From: Nitrososphaerales archaeon
GTDB taxonomy: Archaea; Thermoproteota; Nitrososphaeria; Nitrososphaerales; UBA213
DNA length: 32,000 nucleotides
Direction: 5' to 3'
Assembly: GCA_965197925.1 (NCBI GenBank)
Contig: CBDAOC010000020.1
Span: 941,312-973,311, forward strand
Positions 1-9,190 of this stretch are shown piece after piece. The stretch's first letter is position 1, and each line of letters opens with the position of its first letter. Position numbers and translations under genes: made by a program. The notes below the pieces were generated by a model. The model was not told the DNA's origin and searched no databases. It saw only the letters and a list, made by a program, of their open reading frames with translations.

Positions 1-58
1 AAATCAGGGTAATATTAATGAACGATCCTTCGGAAACGAGGGTGATGCAATTTCAAAA

Positions 59-106
59 CTGAGCTTATCTAAGATAAGTTTACTGAGCTTATCTAAGATA
101 AGTTTA
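59..106. repeat. Two tandem copies of a 24-bp unit (ctgagcttatctaagataagttta), each containing the palindrome CTTATCT-A-AGATAAG
   Basis: Read directly. Units 59-82 and 83-106 are identical, and the inner 15 nt are self-complementary around a central A. Confidence 0.9.
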
Positions 107-390
107 AGCCTTGAAGTATAGAAAATGAGAACAATACCATTTCTTATATTACGAGAATCCTATCAGGTTCAAATTATAGTTTTCCATAATACCTTGCCAT
201 ATGTAAATTAAAATTCCAAGAATTACCAGAAATTAAGAAAGAATCATCTAAAAATATCCATAGATTATTCTTAATATGACTTGTCAAATCTTCGTTTATA
301 CTATACTCACCGTGGCAGCCGGTTTGGGCCGTGTTAATTTAGGTTACGTAATTCAAATGATTTTATATTTCAAAAAATGGAAAAGTGATG

Positions 391-675
391 TTAACGTTTC
401 CGCGCAGTGATAGTGTGTGTTTTTCCCACATACCATCTTATGGTATCTTTAAAGCTTGACCACCAGTCAAAAAAGGCATCGCTATTGTCTGCCTCAAAAA
501 GCAAGAACCCATTGTACTCAGTTCCCCATGCATGGTCATATTCACCAGCCAGCCTAATTCCTGATGGTAGCTTATTCTTTAGTTCATGCCATTCTGAACC
601 AGCTTTCAGAGCCTCATCTTTGCTCATTGTCTTGAATCTATAAAAAACTAGGAATGTAGTCGTCATATACGACAC
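391..675 (-). CDS. Small hypothetical protein (94 aa), possibly DUF3303-like alpha/beta fold
   Basis: Clean ORF with non-repetitive composition. The family guess comes only from its size and the pattern FxVxYRFK...LPxGxxxxGEY...GFxLFEAD...FxxWW. The plus-strand ORF 407-643 is its antisense shadow. Confidence 0.5.
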   Translation of the reverse strand: MSYMTTTFLVFYRFKTMSKDEALKAGSEWHELKNKLPSGIRLAGEYDHAWGTEYNGFLLFEADNSDAFFDWWSSFKDTIRWYVGKTHTITARKR

Positions 676-890
676 TTCTATTTACTGATATTAATAATTT
701 TTCATCACTTTCCTCCGTATACATCATATCATAATTTCACTCAATCTATACATTTCAGGTATTACCTTGTTGGCCAACTTTCTGTTGTATTTCACGACAA
801 GTCTGAATATTCAACTGATCCCAAAACTGATCATTTAGTGAATAATTGACGATCATTTGGATCTATTTGCAATGCTGCCCGTAGCAGATC

Positions 891-1687
891 ATGAAATTTC
901 AGGAGATAACAGGTGAACAATGGAAGATGATATCACCGCATCTCCCCAAGCCAGCCAGAACCGGAAGGCCAAGGGCAGACGACAGAAAGACAGTCAACGG
1001 AATCCTGTTTGTCGGGATAACAGGATGCAGGTGGACTGGGATGTCACAAAGGTACGGCTCCAAATCAACTGCGCACCGCAGACTGCAGAACTGGCAGCGA
1101 CGTGGAATATGGAAGAATATCCTCTCCGCTGCAGTCAAATCAGCCCACAGATCAGGCAAGATGCAGCTGCAAAAAACGGTCGATTCGTCATCAGTTCCGG
1201 CCAAAAAAGGGGAAGCGTCATAGGATACAACGGATTCAACAGGATTTCAGGCACAAAAATACACGTTGCGGTGGAACAAAACGGACTGCCAGTCTCAGTA
1301 GTGATGGGTCCTGCAAATCAGCATGACTCTGCAAGATTTGTAGACGTGATGGATGGCATCTCACAATATCTGGATGAGAGATCTATCAGAAAAATTGCGC
1401 GGTGCCAAGCAGACAAGGGCTATGATGCAGAATTCATCAGGAAATACCTCACCAAAAGAAAAATCTCTGACTGCATACCTTACAGAAAAAACAGTAAGAC
1501 ACAACAACAAAATGATAATACAGAACAATACCTATACGGCAAGACGCGCTATGTTGTGGAGAGATTCTTTGCCTGGTTGAAGAATGGGTTCCACAGAACC
1601 AGGATCAGATATGAGAAGAATGCACAAAACTATCTGGCATTTGTTATCATTTCGTCGATTATGATGTATTGGAGAGTATTGGGATGA
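891..1687 (+). CDS. IS5-family DDE transposase, orfA (891-1223) fused to orfB by a -1 programmed frameshift
   Basis: OrfA has the DUF4096-type HTH motif (GRPRADDRKTVNGILFVGITGCRW...STAHRRLQNW). The frame -1 ORF carries GTKIHVAVEQNGLPVSVVMGPANQHDS...ADKGYD...YVVERFFAWLK...RYEK. The join VPAKK|RGSVIGYNGF is reconstructed at the A6G4 run. Confidence 0.85.
1203..1209 (+). promoter_or_regulatory. Candidate -1 ribosomal frameshift site (AAA AAA G) of IS-B
   Basis: The zero frame reads gcc aaa aaa ggg and stops 5 codons later. The -1 frame reads caa aaa agg gga and continues into the catalytic domain. Confidence 0.6.
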
Positions 1688-1806
1688 CTTCATTATATAA
1701 ACTCAAAAGTCGGACTTTACTAGTTTATATTAACAAGTGTTTACTTGCAGTCAGTTGCACTGTATACGCGAATGATAAATAACAATATTACCCTAATTCA
1801 GTCAGA

Positions 1807-1956
1807 TTGAATGACTATGATTACTGTTCAAGGTGTGGTAGACTTTATGACTATCTAGATTTGAAACCTTACAATTTAAATTGGTTCTGTAAGAGGTGTT
1901 ACAAGGAAAGGGTGACGGTGGATTCTATAGCAATAGGCGGGGCTCCAACCAACTGA
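1807..1956 (+). CDS. Possible small zinc-ribbon protein (49 aa, TTG start)
   Basis: My own translation gives LNDYDYCSRCGRLYDYLDLKPYNLNWFCKRCYKERV..., with two CxxC pairs. It has no ATG start and falls below the size cut-off of the ORF track. Confidence 0.25.
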   Translation: MNDYDYCSRCGRLYDYLDLKPYNLNWFCKRCYKERVTVDSIAIGGAPTN

Positions 1957-2489
1957 AGAGTTAAAGACCGTGATGAGTTGAAGAGTTTGGTTCATTTAAT
2001 ATTCTATTAGCCTATAATTATCTTCTCATAGAGAACAAACAACACTTGCCCCATACCAGAACAAAATCTCCATATGAAGTGATAGAGAGGAATAAGATGG
2101 CGGGTTATCAATGGGTTTCCTGTTTCAGGATCAATGAATATTTGGTAGACAGATCCAAGATAGCATTAGGTATCGTTCACTCGCTTTGGAGGAACAATTA
2201 TTGATAAAGGACTTTACAGGGTTTTTCTATGGTAAGTAGGTTGGTTACAGCTGGTATAATTGCTGGAGTAATAATTACGACTGCCATTTCAGCGTTGTCT
2301 ATTTTCAAGATGCCAACAATTCTAACACACAAACATCACGGCTGATAGAAAAAGTTACACTAACGGCTATACTGAGCCAAAAGGAAGATGGGTATTCTTT
2401 TCGATGATTCGTTACAGGAGTTGAAAAGTCACACAATTGGAAATTGAAATATGTTGGAAGATCCTAGAATTATTCTACAAGCCGTCAAT

Positions 2490-4437
2490 TTAAGCTGGAT
2501 TATCTAATGCTTGTATTGAATCTGGATTTTCTAAACTGGATAGGTCGCCCAGTTCAGTTTTCAATATCTTTGCTCTTATCAGCCTTCTAACTATCTTTCC
2601 GGTTCTGGTTTTTGGTAGATCCCCAACGATCTTCACATCTTCTGGCTTTGAGATTTTTCCTATCCGATCTGCAACATATGTCTTCAATTCTTGTTTTATA
2701 GATTCATAAGAACTGCATTCTTGCTTAAGCACGATATAAAGAATAATGGCTTCGCCCTTTAGCTCATGCGGTATGCCTATAGCAACAGCTTCCAAAACTG
2801 CTGGATGTTGTGAAAGAACAGCTTCTATTTCTGCACTGCTTATCCTATGGCCAGCAACCTTGATAACATCATCTATCCTGCTATATAGATACCACAAGCC
2901 GTCCGAATCGTTCACAGCCCAATCACCATGAAGCCAAACATCATCATACTTTGACCAATAGGTCTTGATATAACGATCTGGCTTACCCCATAATCCCCGG
3001 GTCATTCCTGGCCATGGTTTCTTGATCACCAGATAGCCCGTTACTCCTCTCACAGATTTACCAGATTCATCAAATACGTCAACATCAAAACCCGGAACTG
3101 GTCAGCCAACTGTGCTGGGCTTTAATGACAATATTGGTAAGGGGCTGAGTATTGCACCGTCCACTTCTGTTCCACCTGAAAGATTCATAATTGGACATCT
3201 TGATTTTCCCACCTTTTCAAAGAACCAGTTCCATTCATCCGGATTTAAAAGTTCACCGGTTGATGCAAGGATCCTCAAAGTATCCAATCTATAATTTCTT
3301 AAAGATTTATCATACTTCATGAATAGACGAATAACTGTAGGAGATGCACCGAATATGGTAAACCTTATGATCATCAATCATACGAAACCATCTATCTGGC
3401 TCTGGGTAATTAGGAGCTCCATCGTATACCAATGCAGTGCTTCCTAGTATAAGCGAACCATAAACCGTCCATGTCTGCCCCGTTATCCAACCAATATCTG
3501 CAGGCCAAAAAAGTAGATCACTGTCTTTTAGATCAATAAGATAAGCTGTTTGCTGTGCAGCAAAAACTGTGAAACTTCCTTGAACATGCAATGTACCTTT
3601 CGGCTTTCCCGTTGTTCCTGAAGTGTAAAGAATAAAAAGTGGATCTTCAGAATCCATAATTTCACAACTACATTCGCTTGATTGTTCATCAACAATTTTA
3701 TCATGCCATAGATCTCTTCCATCAATCCATTTAATATCGTTCTTAGCATACCTGTACACGATAACCTTACTTACAGTCAGGCATGAAGCCAACGCTTCAT
3801 CGGCACAATTCTTTAAATCTACTAGACATCCTCTTCTGTAGTAACCATCTGCGGTAATTAGCAACTTTGCCCCCGAATCGTTGAGCCTTCCAGCTAGAGA
3901 GGCAGCACTGAAACCAGAGAAAACTACACTATGTATTGCACCAATCTTTGAACATGCAAGTATGGATACCAAAGCTTCAGGAATCATAGGCATGTAAATT
4001 CCTACTACATCACCCTTACAAATGCCCAATATCTTTAGAGCATTAGCAAGTTTATTGGTCATAACATAAAGGTCAGAGTATGAAATTTCCCGTTTAAATC
4101 CATTCTCTCCTTCCCATATGTAGGCAAGTTTTTCTTTTCTCCATGTCTTCATGTGTCTGTCTAAGCAATTGTATACGATATTGCATTTTCCGTTAACGAA
4201 CCACTTCGCCCACGGGTTACCATTTGAGGTATCAAGAACCCGCGAATATGGTTTGAACCAATCTATATTAAGATCTTTATTTACAGCATCCCAATACCAT
4301 TCTATGTTATCAGAAGATCTATTGATCAGTTCATCGTAACCCGTTATTGAATTCTTGTCCATAAATCGCTTGATGTTGCTCATATCTACAGTCTCCTTGG
4401 AAGGTCTAAAGGCTATGCCGGAATGTTTGTGCGTCAC
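2490..4437 (-). pseudogene. acs: AMP-forming acetyl/acyl-CoA synthetase, disrupted by one frameshift and one in-frame TGA
   Basis: Three consecutive ORFs (3310-4437, 3102-3377, 2490-3053) together read as a full ACS: YTSGTTGKPKG, WPADIGWITG, TIFGASPTVIRLFM, STGELLNPDEW, VAGHRISSAEIE, LPKTRTGKIVRR. There is an extra base in the A-run at 3360-3362 (DHKV|TIFG). An in-frame TGA sits at 3102-3104 in LKPSTVG*PVPGFDV. The real start is probably M at 4383. Confidence 0.85.
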
Positions 4438-4599
4438 AGGTATAATTAATATATAACTAGATATAGAAGTTATCCGAATTTTACAATCGTCATATAAATT
4501 TCCTCCAACCTTTGTTAAATATTATAATAGATGACTGTCTTTGTAAATAGAAGCGGTGTCGACAATTTTCTAAAATATAAGATTCTGGGATTTGCAACC

Positions 4600-5262
4600 T
4601 GCTGCCTATGGCTTACTGTTTTTCTTGACAATCACACATCAGAGAAGTTGAGATGGGGGTTGATTTTTTAGGTCTCCTTAGTTACCCTCGTTGCAACTAT
4701 CTCTTTGCTTTCCTTATCCACCACTATATGCATCTTGATGAATCCCCTTACATACCACTTTTCCCTCAACAATTCTCCCTTGTTTGCTACCTTTGTACCG
4801 GTGGAATCTACAGCTATTACAATAACATCCTCCTTCATAATTGATGGGTCTATCTTAACATCCATCTTCGCTACCCTCCATGCTATGCTTGTATAGTCAG
4901 GTGTATGCAAACCTCCAACATGTTTTGTTAATACCTTTGTGAATTCTTCTAACTGCCTGTATGGTAGCAGGTAAGCATGCACAACAGAAAGCATCACTAG
5001 GAATGATTCTGGATACACGAATGGCTTGCCTACTTTACCTTCATTCATTCTTGCAAGCTCATTAGGCCATGAATCTATGAAATCCATATCAAGAAGTATC
5101 TCTCCCCTTCTTATAGCTGCCTTATTGTACCCTTTCCAGGTCATATCAGCCATAAATCTCAATGATAATAACTGATCGAAATCTCATTCCATCAAACATT
5201 CATGATCTTCTGGTTAATTATTCGACACAGCAATAATAGCAGAAAAGTTATATACATCAATT
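4600..5262 (-). mobile_element. Truncated IS5-family element (here IS-C), 5' end and N-terminal half of the transposase only
   Basis: The terminal repeat-like sequence agttatatacatcaa (5246-5260) matches the reverse complement of the left IR of the 6077-7058 copy, allowing a 2-nt insertion. The leader (agatcatgaatgttt versus agatcataacatttt) and the N-terminal protein are homologous. The low-coordinate boundary is uncertain. Confidence 0.55.
4668..5162 (-). pseudogene. IS5-family transposase, N-terminal fragment (ends after the first catalytic Asp region)
   Basis: Motifs WKGYNKAAIRRGEILLD, GKVGKPFVYPESF, LPYRQLEEF, IAVDSTG and GFIKMHIVVD are present. The C-terminal half (second Asp, YxxRxxxE) is missing when compared with ORF 6504-6995. 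Confidence 0.75.
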
Positions 5263-5285
5263 CCATTTTTCTAAATCAGATTAAT

Positions 5286-5642
5286 ATGAAAAAGCCTACA
5301 GTTTATGGTCTGATTGTGGCTGTTTTGCTAGTTGCGGGTTCAGCTGGCTCAGTTTGGGCTCAGTATGGTGCAGGTTCAGGACAAATAGCAACACCGGAAC
5401 AGGTTAAAGAATGCCAGCAACTGGGAATACCAGAGGTTACTTGCACGGAGACTAGTCTCCTTGCAAAGAGGAGAATGGTATCAGCAGGTCAGACAGGAGC
5501 ATATGGTTCTGGTACGTCTATGATTAGTAAGACATTTGGCGAGATGGGTGTGGTCTTAGGAGCACTTGCTGCAATCTTTGGGGTAGTAGCGATCGTATTC
5601 TTTGCTAAAAGTAGAGTAGGAAAGGAAGCAGAAACAAAGTAA
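5286..5642 (+). CDS. Small exported protein with a C-terminal membrane anchor (118 aa from MKKPTVYG)
   Basis: N-terminal signal-like segment MKKPTVYGLIVAVLLVAGSAGSVWA. C-terminal hydrophobic helix GVVLGALAAIFGVVAIVFFA followed by KSR. The ORF-track start at 5202 lies inside the IS remnant and is unlikely. Confidence 0.65.
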   Translation: MKKPTVYGLIVAVLLVAGSAGSVWAQYGAGSGQIATPEQVKECQQLGIPEVTCTETSLLAKRRMVSAGQTGAYGSGTSMISKTFGEMGVVLGALAAIFGVVAIVFFAKSRVGKEAETK

Positions 5643-5747
5643 AACCTTCCTTACTTTTTGTTTTAAGAAATTTGTGTCTCCTATCATATTCATAAGAATA
5701 AAGTATAAGAGATGCAGAAATGTATATATTCATGCAGGGGGAGCACT

Positions 5748-6026
5748 ATGTCAATGATTGGTATAATCGGGTTGGTTTCGTGGATTAGTTCCTCCTTAAC
5801 AGACATGGCTGGACAGATAGGTCCTGTATACGATCCACTGTTCTATGATGTAATGGTGTACATATTTGGTACGATGGTTTTCGCGGTATTCTTACTGGGC
5901 GTTATCTCATTCTGGTTAAGAAGAAAAGGGCTAGGCGGTACGGCAAAGGAGAAGTGGGTTGAGGAACTTGAGAAGCACTATGAAAGAGAAGGCGTCGGCC
6001 TTATACCAGAAGAGTCTAGGAAGTAA
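5748..6026 (+). CDS. Small two-helix membrane protein (92 aa from MSMIGIIG)
   Basis: Two hydrophobic segments followed by a charged tail (KEKWVEELEKHYERE). The start was chosen at the ATG just before the first helix. Confidence 0.55.
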   Translation: MSMIGIIGLVSWISSSLTDMAGQIGPVYDPLFYDVMVYIFGTMVFAVFLLGVISFWLRRKGLGGTAKEKWVEELEKHYEREGVGLIPEESRK

Positions 6027-6076
6027 GAAACGTCTACACTTTCTTTTTCTATTTTGCTTAAGATTTGCGTTACTAA

Positions 6077-7058
6077 GCCTTGTTGCATAACTAACCGATT
6101 GTTCTACCAATCCAGCTTTAGATCATAACATTTTCTGTCATTTCATGAATTGGAAAACATAGAATTATTCACTAATAAGTAGAGGTGAGATTATCATGTC
6201 ATTTGACGTGATGGGTTCCCGGAAGACAGAACTAGATGGGATGAACAAGGGAAAGAAAGGAAGACAATACCAGAATCCTTCATGAAATTACTGGGATATG
6301 CATGTGCATATATTGTATAGTCATACAGACAAACCCAAGGAATGGTACAGGCACATTGTTCCATGTGTATTCCCAGGGCACCAAACTGCATCTCCATCAA
6401 CAGTAGCATCAATAAACTAGACATCAACGTCAATCCAAATATAGGAAAGGATGTTGTCATTGCCATTGATTCTACAGGTATCATAGCTAACCGTGGAGAG
6501 TAGATGAGACACAAATGGAAATCAAGGCGAGGATTTCTCAAGATACATGTGGACGTTGACATCAAAACCAAGAAGATAATATCATACAAAATTACCGATG
6601 AGCATTCTCATGATGCTCAACATCTTCCTTCTCTTGTGAAACAAGCTTCCAATAAGTTCCAGATTACAAAGGTGCTGGCGGACGGTGCATATGATTCCAT
6701 GAATAATTTCTCATGTCTATATCACAAGGGTATAATTCCAGCAATACGTGTGAGAAAGAATTCAACTGGTAAGGTAACAGGTTGTTATTCAAGAAAGATA
6801 TCTTTGATATCGCAGCTGACCAATTACAATTACTGGAAGGATAGCGTAAGCTATGGGCACCGTTGGATTATGGAATCCGTGTTCTCATCATTCAAGAGAA
6901 TGTTTGGAGAACATGTTATGGCTCACAAGACAAAAAATATGATAAAAGAATTGGAACTGAAGATATCGCTGTATAACTTGTTTGTAAGTATTTGAACAAG
7001 CAAAAAACAAAACAAGTTATTACAATCTCATCAAGACGAATTAGATATGCAACGAGGC
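6077..7058 (+). mobile_element. IS5-family element (IS-C, full-length copy, 982 bp) with a decayed transposase
   Basis: Terminal inverted repeats gccttgttgcataact (6077-6092) and agatatgcaacgaggc (7043-7058) match at 14 of 16 positions. Confidence 0.75.
6145..6995 (+). pseudogene. IS5-family DDE transposase pseudogene (three in-frame TAG codons plus at least one frameshift)
   Basis: The translation aligns with the 4668-5162 fragment: MNWKT*NYSLISRGEII, ELDGMNKGKKGRQYQNPS then a frame change to ESFMKLLGYACAYIV*SYRQ, VIAIDSTGIIANRGE*MRHKW. The C-terminal half (6504-6995) is intact, with ADGAYDS and YGHRWIMESVFSSFK (Y-2-R-3-E-6-K). Confidence 0.8.
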
Positions 7059-7135
7059 AGTTAACATTTCTTAACAATGTTTAGAACTCAACATTATCTT
7101 TACTTAAATTAAGGAAAAAAGGGTGTGTGGAATGT

Positions 7136-7693
7136 TTAGATCACTTGCCAGGGCCTTGTCACTAATGATACTCCTAGTCCTACTGCAATGATTATAGATT
7201 GATATATTACATTACCAGTTGAAACAGGTTTCACTATTGGTTCTCCTGATACAACAACCGTTTGGCCAGGACCTAGACCTGGACCTATGTTCGCAACATT
7301 AAGTTGTGTATGCAGGTGATATAAACCCGGTTCAAGTGCTTTGACTCTCAATACGTAATCTATCTCGCCATTTGCAGGAATATCGAATACGTTTCCAGGT
7401 GGGTCTCTTGAAATGAACTCCCATCTATTACCAGCATTGGTGGAATCACTGAATATAGAGAGCCAAGCCCTCGAATCTCTATTAATCAGACTTACCAGCT
7501 TTCCTCTAACCTCTATTATCTCCCCAGTTTGAACCGTTTGAGCAGAGAAGGTCTCATCAGTGATCCTGATGAATCTACTCTGGAGTTGAGCCTGCACACC
7601 ATGTCCCCACGCATTTTCTATTACTACTGTAGCAATGCTAAATACCAATACCACAGCAAGACTTGACATTATTACCGCCTTGCCTGTCTTCAT
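7136..7693 (-). CDS. amoB: Ammonia monooxygenase subunit B (archaeal type)
   Basis: 185 aa. A signal/anchor is followed by HGVQAQLQSRF, the characteristic mature N-terminus of archaeal AmoB. It has a cupredoxin-like body and a C-terminal helix. Confidence 0.93.
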   Translation of the reverse strand: MKTGKAVIMSSLAVVLVFSIATVVIENAWGHGVQAQLQSRFIRITDETFSAQTVQTGEIIEVRGKLVSLINRDSRAWLSIFSDSTNAGNRWEFISRDPPGNVFDIPANGEIDYVLRVKALEPGLYHLHTQLNVANIGPGLGPGQTVVVSGEPIVKPVSTGNVIYQSIIIAVGLGVSLVTRPWQVI

Positions 7694-7961
7694 TAATCCT
7701 TAAGCACAAGGTACAAAGATATATATTTTATCTTCATAAAATTTTTATTTATAACTCGATTAGAATAATTGTCTAATGTATAACTTCAATGTTTATCATC
7801 GATGTTCATTTTTACAGTGTTGAAATTTAGCAGTTATTGGAACTAATTTATTCAAATTGCTTCTAATTAGTAGGTGTACTAATGAAATAAATCTATTTTT
7901 CATTAAAGATTTAAATGGTAACCCTATTATACCAGAAAGACGATTCTAAGTTTGAGTAAAT
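7694..7961. promoter_or_regulatory. Divergent amoB / amoC intergenic region (268 bp, very AT-rich) with TATA-like boxes on both sides
   Basis: atatatatttta at about 7729-7740 lies about 35-45 nt from the amoB ATG. gatttaaatgg (about 7907) and ctattatacc (about 7923) lie 30-55 nt upstream of the amoC ATG. No transcription data are available. Confidence 0.35.
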
Positions 7962-8525
7962 ATGGCACAAATGCCAGCATTAATTCCGAAAGAGGTAGAG
8001 ATACAGAGACTGAAGAAAGTAATGATCATGATTATCGTTCTCGGATCCGTTGCTGCTTCGGTTGAAGTCGATAACTTCGTTGACGGTTCATTACACCAAA
8101 CTTCGATCAGAGATTCAGCATTCACACCAGCGCATTGGTGGCTCTACAGTCACTTTGTGGCTTTGCCATTGGGTTGGGGCGCTGTGATGATATATGACCG
8201 GAGAATTCCATCACTACGCGGTCCAAACAATACAGTGAACACCGGTCTGAAGATAACCGTTATCGGTTACCTTGGAACTATGTTCACAATCGGTATCAAC
8301 GAGATGTGGCACTTTTGGTTTGTTGAGGAAATCTTTGCTGTGCCCAACCACTGGTCATTCAACATGGGTGTCGTTCTGGCATTCATGGGTGCATTGGGTT
8401 ATGTGGTCAGAGTCTATGCTCGTATGATAGAGCTTGGTGTGGAAACACCACCGAGGAACCCATACGTAGCAGAGATGTACAAGATGGCTTTAGAGGGCAA
8501 ACTTTACAGTAGAAGCATACCATAA
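7962..8525 (+). CDS. amoC: Ammonia monooxygenase subunit C (archaeal type)
   Basis: 187 aa polytopic membrane protein. It contains the archaeal AmoC strings I recognise: HQTSIRDSAFTPAHWWLYSHF, INEMWHFWFVEE, PNHW. Confidence 0.92.
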   Translation: MAQMPALIPKEVEIQRLKKVMIMIIVLGSVAASVEVDNFVDGSLHQTSIRDSAFTPAHWWLYSHFVALPLGWGAVMIYDRRIPSLRGPNNTVNTGLKITVIGYLGTMFTIGINEMWHFWFVEEIFAVPNHWSFNMGVVLAFMGALGYVVRVYARMIELGVETPPRNPYVAEMYKMALEGKLYSRSIP

Positions 8526-8544
8526 GCGTGCTAGATAAAACCCC

Positions 8545-8570
8545 GTCCCCAAGTGGGACTCTTTTGTTTG
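8545..8570 (+). terminator. Hairpin (GTCCC-CAAGT-GGGAC) followed by a T-rich tract, downstream of amoC
   Basis: Read directly. A 5-bp stem is followed by tcttttgtttg. Archaeal termination typically uses oligo-T. Confidence 0.3.
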
Positions 8571-8797
8571 TTAAAGCCAACGTGAGTTAAGTTTGCTATT
8601 TTGGTTCAACAACATAATTCATGTTCGTAGGGTTGAATATTCAAGAATTTTAAGGTCTTATCATTTCTTGGCCCAAATTCTCTGGAATCTACTATAGTTT
8701 GAAAATACTCATGAATATATACATTCTAATATTAAACATATTTTTTTATGGAATCCCCACAGTAATATTTAAAAACCATTTGACTTGTAATAGTCAT

Positions 8798-9055
8798 ATG
8801 TCTAGAGAAGCTCCAAGGGATGAAGTTGAAAGGATGATTGGAAAAAGAGTGGAGAACATGAAGGGGGTTTTCATAGTGGGATTCATATTGGCTTGGGCTG
8901 CGTTAGCAGTTGGTATTTATGTAGGAGTTACTTACTATCCATGGGCATATGCGTTCAAAAGTGGAATGTTTGCACTTGTTGTGCTGACAATTATAGAGGC
9001 ATTAGGATTCCTCTTCATCTGGAAGATAGCAATGGAGAAGCCAGTAAATCCTTAG
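8798..9055 (+). CDS. amoX: Small two-helix membrane protein in the amoX position between amoC and amoA
   Basis: 85 aa from MSREAPRD with two hydrophobic helices. It occupies the conserved position of the ORF known as amoX in AOA amo clusters. TATA-like aatatttaaaaa lies about 25-30 nt upstream of the 8798 ATG, so the longer 8699 start is unlikely. Confidence 0.7.
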   Translation: MSREAPRDEVERMIGKRVENMKGVFIVGFILAWAALAVGIYVGVTYYPWAYAFKSGMFALVVLTIIEALGFLFIWKIAMEKPVNP

Positions 9056-9190
9056 ACGAAGAATTTTTTATCATAGAATTTCTTATTTTATTAAAAATAG
9101 ATCTAGAATATATTATTTTAGATGCCTTTAGTAATAGGCAATAAAGAGTCATAAAATCTTATATAATGGTCTTCAGGCATTAGTTCTAAT

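Larger units (their letters stand above)
816..1688 (+). mobile_element. IS5-family (IS427/IS1031-like) insertion sequence, here called IS-B copy 1, about 873 bp
   Basis: Imperfect terminal inverted repeats: tgatcccaaaactga at about 816-830 versus gagagtattgggatga at 1672-1687. They bracket a two-frame transposase. The right repeat overlaps the stop codon, as is common in this IS group. No target duplication could be resolved. Confidence 0.7.

Noticed and set aside
3102-3104. The in-frame TGA in the acs-like gene as a possible selenocysteine codon.
   Set aside because: The position aligns with a Lys/Arg in a loop, not a redox Cys. The same gene carries a frameshift. I see no SECIS-like hairpin, and Sec usage is not known in this lineage.
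4511-4606. Possible 95-bp MITE derived from IS-C (cctttgttaaatatt ... atttgcaacctgc).
   Set aside because: The terminal similarity to the IS-C repeats is weak, essentially a TTGCAA core, and orientation is ambiguous because that core is palindromic.
6160-6505. Three in-frame TAG codons in the IS-C transposase, plus a TAG in the radical SAM gene (21566-21568), suggested amber recoding or pyrrolysine.
   Set aside because: TAG is the ordinary stop of amoX (9053-9055), the dehydrogenase (12687-12689) and the TAXI gene (26992-26994). The IS gene also has a frameshift. No pyl genes are visible. Simple pseudogenisation is more parsimonious.
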